A DNA stretch of 64,000 nt from Blepharisma stoltei ATCC 30299 (GCA_965603825.1 CBFDEM010000012.1:248001-312000), one strand, 5' to 3'; numbered from the stretch's first letter, positions 23,101 through 36,072 are shown. Numbers and translations are program-made. Notes: generated by a model from the sequence alone, not told the origin.

Positions 23101-26100
23101 TGGATATAATTAGCATCGCATGAGCAAGCTGTTGCTCCTCCTCCTGAAGCATGGTTCACACATTGAGTGCATAATCCTGACCCAAACCCACTGCAAATTG
23201 AGCAAAGATGATCATAGCAAATATTACAGGAAACACCCTGAGTGCACCCTAAAGAACAGGAATTGCAAGACTGGCAAGCTGCTCCATCATAGTAGTCGCT
23301 GATATCGCAAGACCAGAGACAAGAAGTAGATAAACTTGATCCACAAGGAACCGATAATTTTGACGAAAAATCAGAGATAGCAGTGTACCATAAGCTGAAA
23401 TAATAAATAAAGCCTTCAAATCCAGAAGATGTGCTTTTTCCTACATACAAAATATCAGATGAAACATCTCTGAACAGTAAGTTTGTAGATAAAATTGGAG
23501 TTTCAGCAACATTGTTAACTGAGGTAACAGTTGTGGTTGAGCCTGATAAATAAGAAACTGTTAAGGACAAATAAGACCACCCACTAAAAGTTAAAGATGA
23601 AGTAGTGACTGTTGTTGTAGTTTGAGATGGGTTTTCTAAGATAATATTGGCTATTCCATTAGAAGCCAATTTAACTCTTGCTTGTTTTTGGAAGATATCT
23701 CCATCTGCAATTGTATAAATTCAAAAGCCAACTGAAAATTGATAGTTCATATAAATGTTCACATTAGCTTGCAAGTATTGCGAACCAGAAAAATACAGCC
23801 CTCTTCCATATGAAGGAACAGGGTCAGAAGAATCTGGGTTAGTGAAAAATTGATAGGTGGAAGCAGAAGTGGAGGTTGTTAATATCCCATAAGACCCTTG
23901 AAATATTGTATCAAAACTCTGGTCAATTATAGTTGATGTTGAGCTTATGCATGAGAGACTCGCTGTAAAACTGTATGGACATTCATTTAAACAGACAGTG
24001 TCAACTAGCACTTTAGTGCCTGTGCAATCATTACACTCGAAATAGTAAGTCTTTAAGCAAGTAGAGCACAAATTATCACAAATTTCACAAGTTTCCGAAG
24101 ACTGAATCCAAAAAGCGTTGGAGTTGCAAGAGCAAACACCACCTGATAGTCCAGCATTTGTGATGCAGGCTGTACAAGGACCATCAAATAAAGTGCAAGT
24201 AGTGCATTCCTTGTTTTGGCAAAGTCTACAAGTAAGTGAGCTCCTACATCCATAAGGAGAGCAAGATCCTGCACATGTTATACAGGATCCAGAAGAGTAA
24301 AAAGAGCCAAATTCGCAACTATCAGGGCAGATCAGTTCAGAAGGGCAATTTGAGCAGGGACCAGAGCAGCCAGAAGTTTGCCACTCATCCAGAAAATGAG
24401 TATTTCCATTGAATAATTTAACGCTCCATAAAAACCCGATAAAGCTGTTTGCTCCATTAGCATATCCAAGATATAATGAGCCAGCATCAATGAAGGGAGA
24501 CACGTTGGTTGAGACCTGATTCGATATTAAGGATCCATCGGCATAAAAATAAATTTTTGATTTTCCACTTACAATGTCTCCAGTAAAAGCAATATTATGC
24601 CAAGCATTAAACAGACTTAATGACCCTGACAAAGTAACAGTAGATGAATCTTGTAGAGTTAAAGTTATAGAGGGCCATCCAGATGATGTGAATACAATTT
24701 TGAACATTTCTGTACTGCCATTCAACTTAAGAAAAAGGTTTCCTTGGGCTGAGGGCTTTACCCAGATTGTAACAGTATAGAAAGGAGTGATGATTAAAGA
24801 GCTTAAAGACATTAACGATGAGCTTCCAAAATAATAGCCTCTGAAAATTGAAGGTACAGGATCAGCTGAGTCAGTTCACGATGGATAAGTGTTGGAGCTT
24901 GAAGATCCCACAGTAAAGCTATTGGCAGTATCAAGTTGAATTAAATCCTGCAAAGCAAGTGACACAGGAGTGGTTGAAGATAAAGTGCATAGGTTATTTG
25001 TAGAATCTTGATTGTATCCTGCTGGGCATGAGGCTAAACATAAGCCATTTAAGTAGTAATAGCTTGCTAAACAAGATGTGCACTGATAATACCCAGTTCC
25101 TGAGCAACCAGCACATCCTGTGGTGCATGCCCAGACACAAGAAAAGCCATCAGCTGAAACTATATAGTTGGTATCACATGAACAAGGAGTTGCCCCTCCT
25201 CCAGAGGCATGAGCTACACATAAAGTGCATAATCCGGTTCCAAAACCTGTGCATTGGGCACACAAAGGATCTGCACAAATGTTACATGATACTGCTCTTC
25301 TACATCCCATGCTTCCACAGCTGTTGCATGACGTGCAAGATGATGTAGCGTAGTATTGGCCTATAGGGCAAGACCAAAGACACGATATATCTAAGCTTGT
25401 GCTACACGGAATAGTAAAACTTGATGAAAAATCAGTAATTGCTGCATTCCATAAACTAAAGTAATAAATAAAACCTGCAAAAGTAGAAGAAGATGAGCTC
25501 TTACCGAGATATAAAAAATCAGAAGCTGCATCCCTGTACAGATAAGCTGCACTTGAAAGTGTCGTCCCTGCAGCTCCATCCTTATACGCAGTTATAGTTG
25601 TTGATCCGGATGTATAAATAATCGTAAAAGAAAGATAAGTCCATCCAGAAAAAGCGGACAAAGCTGTAGTCGATACTATTGCTGTAGTTTGAGAAGGATT
25701 TTCTAAGGTTGCTGTTAAAACTCCTGCTGAGCTGAATGAAAGCCTGGCTTGCTTTTGAAGGATATCGCCTGCTGTTATCACATATATCCATACCCCCACA
25801 GACACATTATTGCTTAAATAAATGTTTGTATTTGATACTAAATACTGTCCACCAGCAAAATAGAGACCTCTTTTATAAGCTGGAATAGGATCCAATGAAT
25901 CGGGGCCATTCCAAAATTGATAAGTGGAAGCTGAAGTTGAGGTTGTAAAAATGCCATAAGTTCCTGAAAAGTTGGTATCAAAACTTTGGTCTATAACAGT
26001 TGTAGAAATAGCTGTGCATGATGGGCTTGCAGAAAACCCGTAAGGACAAGCATTCAAACAAACATTTCCTACAAGAACTGTAGAGCCACTGCAAACGCTG

Positions 26101-29100
26101 CAAAGAAAATAATAAGTTCCCGTGCAGGTCGAGCATAAAGCATCGCATAATTCGCATGTTGCAGACGAAGCTACCCAAAAAGCATTAGAATTGCAAGAGC
26201 AAACACCTCCTGATAAACTAGCATTTGTAATGCAAGCTGTGCAAGGTCCGTCAAATAAAGTGCAAGTAGTACATTCTCTATATTTGCACAGTCTGCATGT
26301 TTCTGTGCTCCTACATCCATATGGCGAGCAAGATCCAGTACATGTGGTGCAGGCACCAGAAGATAAAAATGATCCAAAAGAGCATGAATCTGGGCAAAGT
26401 AACTCGGATGGACAAGTCGAGCATCCACTAGCACAGCCAGATATGATTCATTCATCAGAGTAATGTGTGTTTCCGTTGAATATTTTAAGACTCCACAAAA
26501 ATCCTGTAAAACCATTAGCTCCATTTGAAAAGCCTATATATAATGATCCTGAATCTCTGAATGGAGAAATATTAGCTGACAATTGGCTTGAAATTAAAGA
26601 GCCATCTGTATAGAAAAGTATTTTTGTATTTCCACTGATAATGTCTCCTGTAAAAGCAATATTATGTCAAGCATTAAACAGACTTAATGACCCTGACAAG
26701 GTAACAGTAGATGAATCTTGTAGAGTTAAAGTTATAGAGGGCCACCCAGAAGATGTGAATACAATTTTGAGCATTTCTGTACTACCACTCAACTTAAGAA
26801 AAAGGTTTCCTTGGGCTGAGGGCTTTACCCAGATTGTAACAGTATAGAAAGGAGTGATGATTAAAGAGCTTAAAGACATTAACGATGAGCTTCCAAAATA
26901 ATAGCCTCTGAAAATTGAAGGTACAGGATCAGCTGAGTCAGTTCACGATGGATAAGTGTTGGAGCTTGAAGATCCCACAGTAAAGCTATTGGCAGTATCA
27001 AGCTGAATTAAATCCTGCAAAGCAAGTGACACAGGAGTGGTTGAAGATAAAGTGCATAGGTTATTTGTAGAATCTTGATTGTATCCTGCTGGGCATGAGG
27101 CTAAACATAAGCCATTTAAGTAGTAATAGCTTGCTAAGCAAGAAGTGCACTGATAATACCCAGTTCCTGAGCAACCAGCACATCCTGTGGTGCATGCCCA
27201 GATACAAGAAAAGCCATCAGCTGAAGCTATATAGTTGGTATCACATGAACAAGGAGTTGCCCCTCCTCCAGAGGCATGAGTCACGCATAAAGTACATAAG
27301 TTGGTTCCAAAACCTGTGCATTGGGCACACAAGGGATCTGCACAAATGTTGCATGATATTGCTCTTCTACATCCCATGCTTCCACAGCTGTTGCATGACG
27401 TGCAAGATGATGTAGCGTAGTATTGTCCTATAGGGCAAGACCAAAGGCATGAAGTAGTTAAGCTAGTTCCACATGGGATTGTAAATTTAGATGAAAAATC
27501 AGTTATAGCAGTATTCCATAAACTAAAGTAATAAATAAAGCCTACAAAAGTAGAAGAAGTAGAACTCTTACCAAGATATAAAACATCAGAAGCTGCATCT
27601 CTGTACAAATAAGCTGTATTTGAAAGTGCAGTCCCCGCAGCTCCATTCTTATACGCAGTTATAGTTGTTGATCCTGTTACGTAAGTGATTGTAAAAGAGA
27701 GATAACTCCATCCGGAAAAAGCTGACAAGGCTGTAGTTGATGCTGATGTCGTGGTTTGAGACGGATTTTCTAAGGTTGCTGTTAAAACTCCTGCTGAGCT
27801 GAATGAAAGTCTGGCTTGCTTTTGAAGAATATCGCCTGCTGTTATCACATATATCCATACCCCCATAGACACGTTGTTGCTTAAATAAATGTTTGTATTT
27901 GATACTAAATACTGCCCACTTGAGAAATAGAGACCTCGTTTATATGCTGGAATAGGATCCAATGAATCGGGGCTATTCCAAAATTGATAAGTGGAAGCTG
28001 AAGTTGAGGTTGTAAAAATGCCATAAGTTCCTGAAAAGTTGGTATCAAAACTTTGGTCTATAACAGTTGTAGAAATAGCTGTGCATGATGGGCTTGCAGA
28101 AAACCCGTAAGGACAAGCATTCAAACAAACATTTCCTACAAGAACTGCAGACCCACTACAAGCACTGCAAAGAAAATAGTAAGTTCCCGTGCAGGTCGAG
28201 CATAAAGCATCGCATAATTCGCATGTTGCAGACGAAGCTACCCAAAAAGCATTAGAATTGCAAGAGCAAACACCTCCTGATAAACTAGCATTTGTAATGC
28301 AAGCTGTGCAAGGTCCGTCAAATAAAGTGCAAGTAGTACATTCTCTATATTTGCACAGTCTGCATGTTTCTGTGCTCCTACATCCATATGGCGAGCAAGA
28401 TCCAGTACATGTGGTGCAGGCACCAGAAGATAAAAATGATCCAAAAGAGCATGAATCTGGGCAAAGTAACTCGGATGGACAAGTCGAGCATCCACTAGCG
28501 CAACCAGAAGTTTTTCATTCAATATTATAAAGAGTATTATCGCTATAGATTTTAAGACTCCACAAAAATCCTATAAAGCCATTAGAGCTTGCCTGGCATC
28601 CAATATAAAGCGTTCCTGCATCAATAAAAGGTGATGCATTAGCTGAAGTAGCGCTGCTTATAGATGATCCATCAATATACATGTTTATAACTGTATTTCC
28701 ACTTGCATTGACAGTTCCTGTAAAAGCTATATTATGCCAAGAATTAAATTTACTTGCAGTTCCAGTTAGTGTCACAGTAGAAGCGTCATTAAGTTTAAGC
28801 TTAAGTGAAGGATACCCTGATGAGCTAATTGCAAGAAGAAAGTAATTCCCAGAGCTGTATTTTGTCACAATATTTCCAGCTCCTGAAGCATTGATCCAAA
28901 TAGTAGCTGTGAAATATGGCGATATTAAAAGTGATGAGTATATCATATAATAAGAAGCAGTAAAATAATAGCCTCTATATATTGAAGGGATAGGATCAGT
29001 CGATTCCCAAGTTGGATATTTATTAGAATTGGATGAGCCTACAGTTACTCCACTAAGAGTGTCAAGGACAATTTGATTTTGAAAAGCAACTGAAAGTGGA

Positions 29101-30407
29101 TTATTTGTGGTAAGCGTGCAAATATTATTAGTTGAGTCTTGAGTGTACCCTGAAGGGCATGAACTTAAGCACATTGTAGTTAAAAAGTAATAGCCTGATA
29201 AGCAAGAACTGCACTGATAATAGCTTCCTCCTGTGCAGGTAGCACAGCCTGTTGGGCAAGAAGTACAAGTAAATCCATCTGAATTGTAATAACCAGGATT
29301 ACAAGAGCATGCAGTTGCCCCTCCTCCTGAAGCATTTGTAGTGCAACTAGTGCATAGCCCTGACGCCCATCCTGTGCACACAGCACAAAGAGGATCATAA
29401 CAATTGCATTTATTAGCCCCAATGCATCCATTTGAGCATTGACTTGCACAAGCTATACAGCTAGAGCCACTCCAATACTTGCCATAATCACAATTAACAA
29501 AGCAAGAGTTTGTTCCAGAGCCGCAAACAGTGCTGTATTCAGTAGATCAAGATGAATAATCTGTATTTCAAAATTTGAAGTTATACACCCAGCCATTAAA
29601 GTTTCCACTTGATCCTTTTCCAATAATAAGGGTTTGAGTTCCTACATTATATCATCTGAGTATATCACTGCTTCAACTTACCGGAGACCCAGCTGCCACA
29701 GTGTTCAAATATTGATTCATTGTTGTAGTTGCGGAGGAATAAGAAACTGTATATGATAAAAAATTCCATACGTTATTGGATGTGCTAGGGTTGTTACCAG
29801 AATTCAATGTAGACGTTTGCAACCCGGTTGATTGTTCTAAAACAAGTCTCAATCCTCCCTGTGCGTTCACTCTTAAAACATCACTTCCACTTCCAGATTT
29901 TATATATAAGAGATCGTTGTTTGTCGAAACTGACTTGACTCAGAGGCATAGTGCGACTTCATAATTCGTATAGAATGCGCTTGAAGTTGATAAATAGTCA
30001 CCACCGCTAAAGTATAATCCTTGCTGATAAGCTGGTATTGGATCTACGGACTCTGGATTCCAAAAGAACTGATAAGTCGATGAACTGGTCGCTGTGATAA
30101 AAGGGCCATATGATCCACTAAATAAGGCCTGGTCGAAAGTAACATCAACTACAGCATTAGTATTAATTGTACAAGGGCTGGTAGTAAAGCCATAGGGGCA
30201 ATTTGGCAAGCATACACTATTAAGAAGTATTGTTGTGCTTGGAGAAGTCTTGCACGTAGTACATTGAAAAGCTGTAGTGCCTATGCCTACACAGTTTGCG
30301 CACAGATCTGTATCACAGGTGGTGCCAAAACTTTCTACAGGATATAAGTGAAAAAGCAACACAATAAAATTGATCATCCTTTTTGGCAACAACTTGAATT
30401 CTCCCAT
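17133..30407 (-). CDS. Giant (~4,414 aa) surface/membrane protein: signal peptide, 11 modules of Cys-rich furin-like repeats plus a LamG/concanavalin-like domain, EGF-like and beta-rich segments, multi-TM C-terminus; introns 17865-17879 and 17793-17807
   Basis: ORF fragments starting at 30407, 29870, 29381, 28124, 26879, 26057, 24812, 23669, 22019, 20234, 19424, 18488, 18281 and 17657 share one frame, broken by TGA plus two intron TAGs. Contains CxxC repeats, a recurring DPxPxxxRGxYF motif and hydrophobic C-terminal helices. Confidence 0.92.
17793..17807 (-). other. 15-nt intron GTAAATTTTATTTAG
   Basis: Phase 0, terminal TAG in frame, consensus TA at 9-10. Confidence 0.87.
17865..17879 (-). 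other. 15-nt intron GTAAGTTGTATTTAG
   Basis: Phase 0, terminal TAG is the apparent stop of ORF 17865-18281. Confidence 0.88.
24574..28507. repeat. Intragenic tandem duplication, period 2,067 nt (689 codons): ~24574-26440 vs ~26641-28507
   Basis: Paired near-identical ORFs offset by exactly 2067 (24876/26943, 26122/28189, 24574/26641), with long identical blocks. Confidence 0.95.
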
Positions 30408-30456
30408 TTATAAATTATAATATAAATTTATGTTATTCTTTATATATTTTTCTTCT

Positions 30457-30533
30457 TTTTTGGAGAAATAATCTGAAATTATTCTTATCAGATATTTCTC
30501 TTGATTTTTGGTGAAATAATCTGAATTTATTCT
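30457..30533. repeat. ~29-nt imperfect direct repeat (tttttgg[a/t]gaaataatctgaa[a/t]ttattct) with an intervening inverted partial copy, just upstream of the giant gene
   Basis: Copies at ~30457-30485 and ~30505-30533. tcagatatttctc (30488-30500) is near-complementary to gagaaataatctga. Confidence 0.7.
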
Positions 30534-32511
30534 ATTTAAATTGCTTCTCGGTTCATGAGATAAAATGGCTTGAGTTATCTTTCCTCTGTCTGAGGAACAA
30601 TAGCATTTCTCATTGCATTCTATAATTTATCAAGTTTGCAAGTTAGATTGCATTATAAATTGATACCCTATTGACCCTATGCATATGCAGCCAAAGTACC
30701 CATCTTCTTGAATTTAATTAAAAAATTTATAAACTTTCTCAATTCATTGTTTAGTAATTCTGAGATATTAAAGGAAAAATTGGGTTATTTTCTAAAAGAA
30801 ATAAAAGTTAGTATATGTTTTATAATCCCATTTCAATTGCAAAATAACCTTTATCTATTATTTTGCGTTTCGTTTTTTATTTATTTAATCGATTTATTAA
30901 ACGATACAATATTTCCAAGGTTTGATAATTAATTATTCTACTTTGTGATCCAAATTGAAGATTAGACGATATTTTTGAAAATCTAAACATTATAGATAGC
31001 TATGAGCTTTATAGATTACTAGTTCTTCAAAGAAAAATGGTGATGAAATTTTTTGAGACTTACCTAATTCTTGATTTTATAAGAATTTTTAATAGCTTGC
31101 CAAATTAATAACGAGTAGAATCAAAATGTTATAAAGCAATATATTTTAAAAATAATTTATAGCTTATAGCTCAGCTAATAATAAACAAATGATATTTATA
31201 AACAGCGTTTGATATCTATGTTTTCAAAGTTTATTTTGTTGCTACAAAGATCGATCACTTAGCTAAGAAATGAATAAAATAAATTAATTATTTATATTAA
31301 TAAGTTAACTATTACCTTCTTGATGATATTTATATGTTGAGATATGCTATCAACTGCAATTACTTGTTAAAAAATACTAAACGATAATATAAATCACAAT
31401 TTTGGGACAAGATAATATTTATCTTTTACACTCTTTTATGATTTACTCAAACTCTAGATGACAGAGAGATTTTTAGAACTAAAGAAAGCAAATTAGTGCG
31501 ATATAATTTTCCGGTTTTATCTGAGGTTTGATAATCACTATAAGTACTCTTGAGAGTAAAATGCTTTAGAACAGCATCAAATCAAAATTAACTTAAATTT
31601 TACTCTTTTTTAAAGTTTAGGTAATTTCCGTATAAAATCCTTATAACATTATTAAGCTTTAATTTATCAGCTTCAATTAGAAATTGAGAATTGAACTCTT
31701 CATCTTTCGATAAATATTACTTAATCTATAGGCATTTTGAGTTTTAAATCATAGGTATTTGTAGATATAAATTATTAACATAAAAACTCCAACTCCTGCA
31801 CATTGAAAAACTTAGGCCAAGGCGAGAAATTTGATTTTCAGCACATGATAATATAATAATAAAAATTGAAAATGTAAGATTTTTCTCTATCTCAGCAGTA
31901 GCGAAATTTTAATATTACATAATTCCCTTTATCAAAATTCATTCTCATTCTTAAAGGTATCAAAATTTGAAACATTGAAATACACTAGCGCTAAAGTGGA
32001 TTCAAAATTTAATTAACTCTTGTGAATTAAAATCAAAATTTAGATTCGATAGTAACTAAATCCAGCAATTTCAGCTGCTTTATTTTTTGTAAAACTCATC
32101 AATTATTTGTGATTGAAGACTGCTTAGACTTGCATTTATTCTTATGAGATATAGGGCCTTATTGGTCTCTTCATGGGGTGTAAAATATAGAGTTTCTGGA
32201 ATATGCACATTTTGAGACTTAGATTTGAGGTGTTGACTGATATGAACTTCACAAGAATAGATATTATATCTGAACATGAACAAAAAAAGTGGGTTTTTAT
32301 GAGCAATCGAGGTTTTCAGAAACTCATAAAATTTATTTATATTTCAATTAATATAGTTTAAATAAAAATATCTACAGTCAGAAAGCCTAAATATATTCCA
32401 AAGCGTTGATTTCAATTTAAAGGGGAGATTAATTATAAACATAATATTTTATTTTATATTGCTCACAATAAAATCATTCCATTAAATTTTTGTATTATTT
32501 ATCGTTTAAAA

Positions 32512-33759
32512 TTATATTTGCTTCACTTGCCTGACAGATTTTGACGCCAAATCAAAATTCATTATATAAGAGTTGTTATCCATAAAGTAAACAGAATTTT
32601 TAAGTTGAACAAAATGAGAAACAGGTCGCCCAAAAGATGGAGAAGTCCCAGCAATCCTTCATCTCTGTATATCATCGGCATCAATTTCGTATATCTTAGA
32701 GTTGCTTTCAATCACATAAATACAATTGCCAATTAAATGCAAAATCTTGACTGCATTTGGAGTTAAATTTATTGGTATTTCTGAATATTTATTTTGAGAG
32801 ACATGATAAATATAAATTTTTGCATGGTTGAGCCCTACAAAGAATATTTTATCTTTATACGAAAACCCGTTGCATGATATTGAGCCTACACTAAGATTTT
32901 GTGGTATTTTATATCACTTATTTTCTGATATATTGTATTTCTCTGGAGTTGTCACATATCCAAAATCATTGTTTCCTCCAAAGGAATATACTTCGTTTTC
33001 ATAATAAATAGCACTTGCATATCTACAGAGATTTGGTCTACTAGTAAGATATCTGATACTATTATCTTCATATATCATGAACGTCGGCGACGAATAGGCA
33101 TTGATTCCTTGAAAGCAAAAAAGGTTGTTATCTGGGAGCTTGCATATTGATAGCCAAACAGTAGCATTATGCTCTATTGGAATTTCAATTTCTTTATGCG
33201 AAAGGTCGTTTAGATTAACCCTCAATAATTTTTTGGTATTGTCACGAAATATATTAATTTCATTTCTCTCTTCTGGACTATCAAATTTACATTGAATATA
33301 ATCAGGCAATTTTTCTTTATCTATTCAACTTAAAGTTGATATAATTTTCAACGCTTCATCAGGCTGTGAGAATAAAATTTTGTTAATTTCATCATTTTTT
33401 GGCAAATTTTCAGCCAAAATGACTTTTTCTATTAAAACTGTATTTTCTTTAATAACTCTTTGGAATTCATCAATTGCGACTTCTAGTTGAGATTTAAGCT
33501 GCTTTATTTTTTGGGCAGTTGCATCAATTACTCTTGACTGATAGTTACTTAAATCTGAATTCCTTTTCATTAGATAATCACATATTACTTGCTTTGTTTC
33601 AGAGTAAGAATTGAATGATTGAGGTTCAGGTTGGTGTGGATTTTGAGACTTAAGCTTAAGGTGCTCTATTAAATGAGCTTCACATGAATATACCCCTGTG
33701 CCTGAGCATGGGCAAACAAAAGTCGGCCTTGCAGAGCAGTTTGATTCTCAGCAACTCAT
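32512..33759 (-). CDS. N-terminal B-box-like Zn finger, helical linker and Kelch-like beta-propeller protein (415 aa, UGA=Trp)
   Basis: MSCWESNC..FVCPC...SCEAHLIEH; YYENEVYSFGG..PEKYNISENKW Kelch blade. One frame from ATG 33759 to TAA 32512. Confidence 0.85.
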
Positions 33760-34230
33760 TAATTATTATAGAATTATAAGTTTTATATATCACATCATCA
33801 GCAAGATTCGGTTAAGCATGCATAAAAATCTGCATCATATCTTCCAATTTATTAATTAAGAGAATTAAATAAATTCCACAAAAATAAATTTCAGTTTCGG
33901 AGCATGAGTAAAAATGTAGATACTGTTGAGAAGTTCAATCTGAATCAATCATATTTGAATAAGAAAAAATTATTTGACTTTGTATTTAACTTAAAAAATA
34001 CACGCTCTTGAATTACTTGAGATTTAGCAATAAATGTGAGAAAATATATGAAAATACTTCATATAAATTCGAGCTAAAGTCAGCTAGAATAATAAATTAT
34101 TTAATTAAAAAACCATTTCAAAAGGCTAAAATTAAAATAAAACCATAAAATATCATATATCTATGCTCAACCTATAAGAATTATTATTTCAATTGCTATT
34201 TCATATAAGATTAAATAGACTAAGCTGGCT

Positions 34231-35391
34231 ATGCAAAACATTACTCCACAATCTGCCAAAATATATTCAGATGATGTAGAGAACTCTACTATGTACAATA
34301 AAAATCTAAGGAAAGTCTACGAGTTCACAAATGTAAATAGAAGTCACATTTTTGGCGGTCCATTACAAAGAGATGAAGCCTTTCTTCTCAAACTTAAAAA
34401 AGAAGAGCAGCAAAGAGAGCTTCAACTATGCTTAAAAGCCCAGATTGAAGAAAAAAACAGAATAAAAGAGCAAGAAAAGAAATCTCTTCGAAATTTTGAA
34501 AATATTGACACAAAGCCAGATCAAAAAGAAACCCAAGAAGCCTGCCATGAAAATTTAAAATCTCCAATTGACACAGAAACTTCCACTGCTGAACAAGAGG
34601 TAGCGAAAAGCCCTATTCCAGCTTTAGGCTCAGAAGTTACAATAGAAAATTTAGATTATCTTAATAGTCTCTGCAAAGAACTGAAAAATGAGCAAGAGAA
34701 ACTAAAAGGAAAAATAAAAGATCAAGAAAATGTGATCCAAGAATTGAAAACTACAAATAAAGAAAAACCAAGAACAGCGTCTGTTAGAAACAGAACTCCT
34801 AGCAAGAGGATTAAAATTTCGCCTTCAACTAGTAAACCGAATAAGCTGAAAGAGCAACATGAAGCTGAAAAGGCAAAAATTGCCAAAATAGAAGAAAGAA
34901 TTGCGAATGCTAGAAAGAAAAAAGCAGAAAGCAAGCCTAAAAGCGCAATTTTGAAAAGAAGATCTAGCGACTCCAGTGAAAAAAGCGTCATCAAAATACC
35001 TGAAACCGCTAAGCCTATAAGTCCTCCCTCACAAAGAGTGAAAAGTGCAATCATCAAGCCAGCGATTCCTTTATCCCCTGTAGTTCCTCAAACAAAGGTG
35101 CAAGTTTCTGAAGCATTAGACGCACTTGAAGGAAAAAATCTGGACAATGCCAGTCAAAGCTATTTTATTTTCCCTGATAGCGATGGCGAATTCTTCAATG
35201 AGGAAATGGAAAAACTAGCAGTAGATAATGAAAGGAGAAGTCCTATTGAAATTCAGCATACCTATGCTAGGAGCTGTGATGAGGAAAAACCTGAAGTGCC
35301 TAATACGTTTTTGGTATTCCGCAAACAGGAAAGACCTTTGCTTATGAATAAATCAGGATTTCCATGTGATATTTTTAGAAGACCTAAATAA
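34231..35391 (+). CDS. Uncharacterized low-complexity/coiled-coil protein
   Basis: 386-aa open frame, K/E/S/P-rich; segment LKAQIEEKNRIKEQEK is reminiscent of centrosomal CCDC66/CSPP1-type coils. Confidence 0.8.
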   Translation: MQNITPQSAKIYSDDVENSTMYNKNLRKVYEFTNVNRSHIFGGPLQRDEAFLLKLKKEEQQRELQLCLKAQIEEKNRIKEQEKKSLRNFENIDTKPDQKETQEACHENLKSPIDTETSTAEQEVAKSPIPALGSEVTIENLDYLNSLCKELKNEQEKLKGKIKDQENVIQELKTTNKEKPRTASVRNRTPSKRIKISPSTSKPNKLKEQHEAEKAKIAKIEERIANARKKKAESKPKSAILKRRSSDSSEKSVIKIPETAKPISPPSQRVKSAIIKPAIPLSPVVPQTKVQVSEALDALEGKNLDNASQSYFIFPDSDGEFFNEEMEKLAVDNERRSPIEIQHTYARSCDEEKPEVPNTFLVFRKQERPLLMNKSGFPCDIFRRPK

Positions 35392-35406
35392 TAAATTTAC
35401 TATTAC

Positions 35407-36072
35407 TTACATGTTATTAAAAAAGCCTTCTTTTGGCCTTCTTAATGTAGAGGGAATGTATCCTCCTTGTTTAGCATTTTTATTCGCATAGATACTGTCT
35501 TGCCTTCTTTGCCTAATCTGAGCATTTGGAGATTCAGAGTTGCTTTGGCGCTTAGTGGGAGTTCCTTGTGAAGATGAATAGCTGGAATGGTGTCCATTGC
35601 TGCTTGTCTCAATTAAATTTTTAAAATGCTGATTTTCTTCAATTTCCGCAACCAATAAATCCTTCAACCTCTCGTTTTCTGTGTTCACTTCCGCTATTTT
35701 TGCCTGCAATTGGGAAACCAAAGGGTCTTCGAAATCTGTTTGCTCACATTTATTTTTGTTTTCTACCAAAGCTTTAAACTCGCTGTTCAAGCTTATCATT
35801 GACACCAATTGCTGGTCTTTTACTTCAATTTGGATTTGTAATTCTTTTATCTTCCTTTCAAAAGCAAATATTTCAGTGTTTTTCGACTGGCAAATTGCGC
35901 TTAATTCTTTTACTCGATTTTCCAAATTTTTTAGTCTCGAAATTTCTCCTTCAGCGTTTTCCGCCCTGCTTTTGACTTCTTTAAGCTCGATCTTTAGCCT
36001 TTTGATGGTTTCTGTATCGTCTTCGCCTGTGTATTCCTCGATGTCTTCATCTATTACTGTTAGCCCACTCAT
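35407..36072 (-). CDS. Uncharacterized coiled-coil protein
   Basis: 221-aa ORF with heptad-rich E/K/L composition. Confidence 0.8.
   Translation of the reverse strand: MSGLTVIDEDIEEYTGEDDTETIKRLKIELKEVKSRAENAEGEISRLKNLENRVKELSAICQSKNTEIFAFERKIKELQIQIEVKDQQLVSMISLNSEFKALVENKNKCEQTDFEDPLVSQLQAKIAEVNTENERLKDLLVAEIEENQHFKNLIETSSNGHHSSYSSSQGTPTKRQSNSESPNAQIRQRRQDSIYANKNAKQGGYIPSTLRRPKEGFFNNM

Noticed and set aside
30540-32500. Transposon, retained IES or ncRNA in the 2-kb AT-rich gap (ORFs 30708-30932 and 32080-32283)
   Set aside because: I saw no terminal inverted repeats, transposase motifs, telomeric repeats or tRNA-like structure. The ORFs are low-complexity AT-rich frames.
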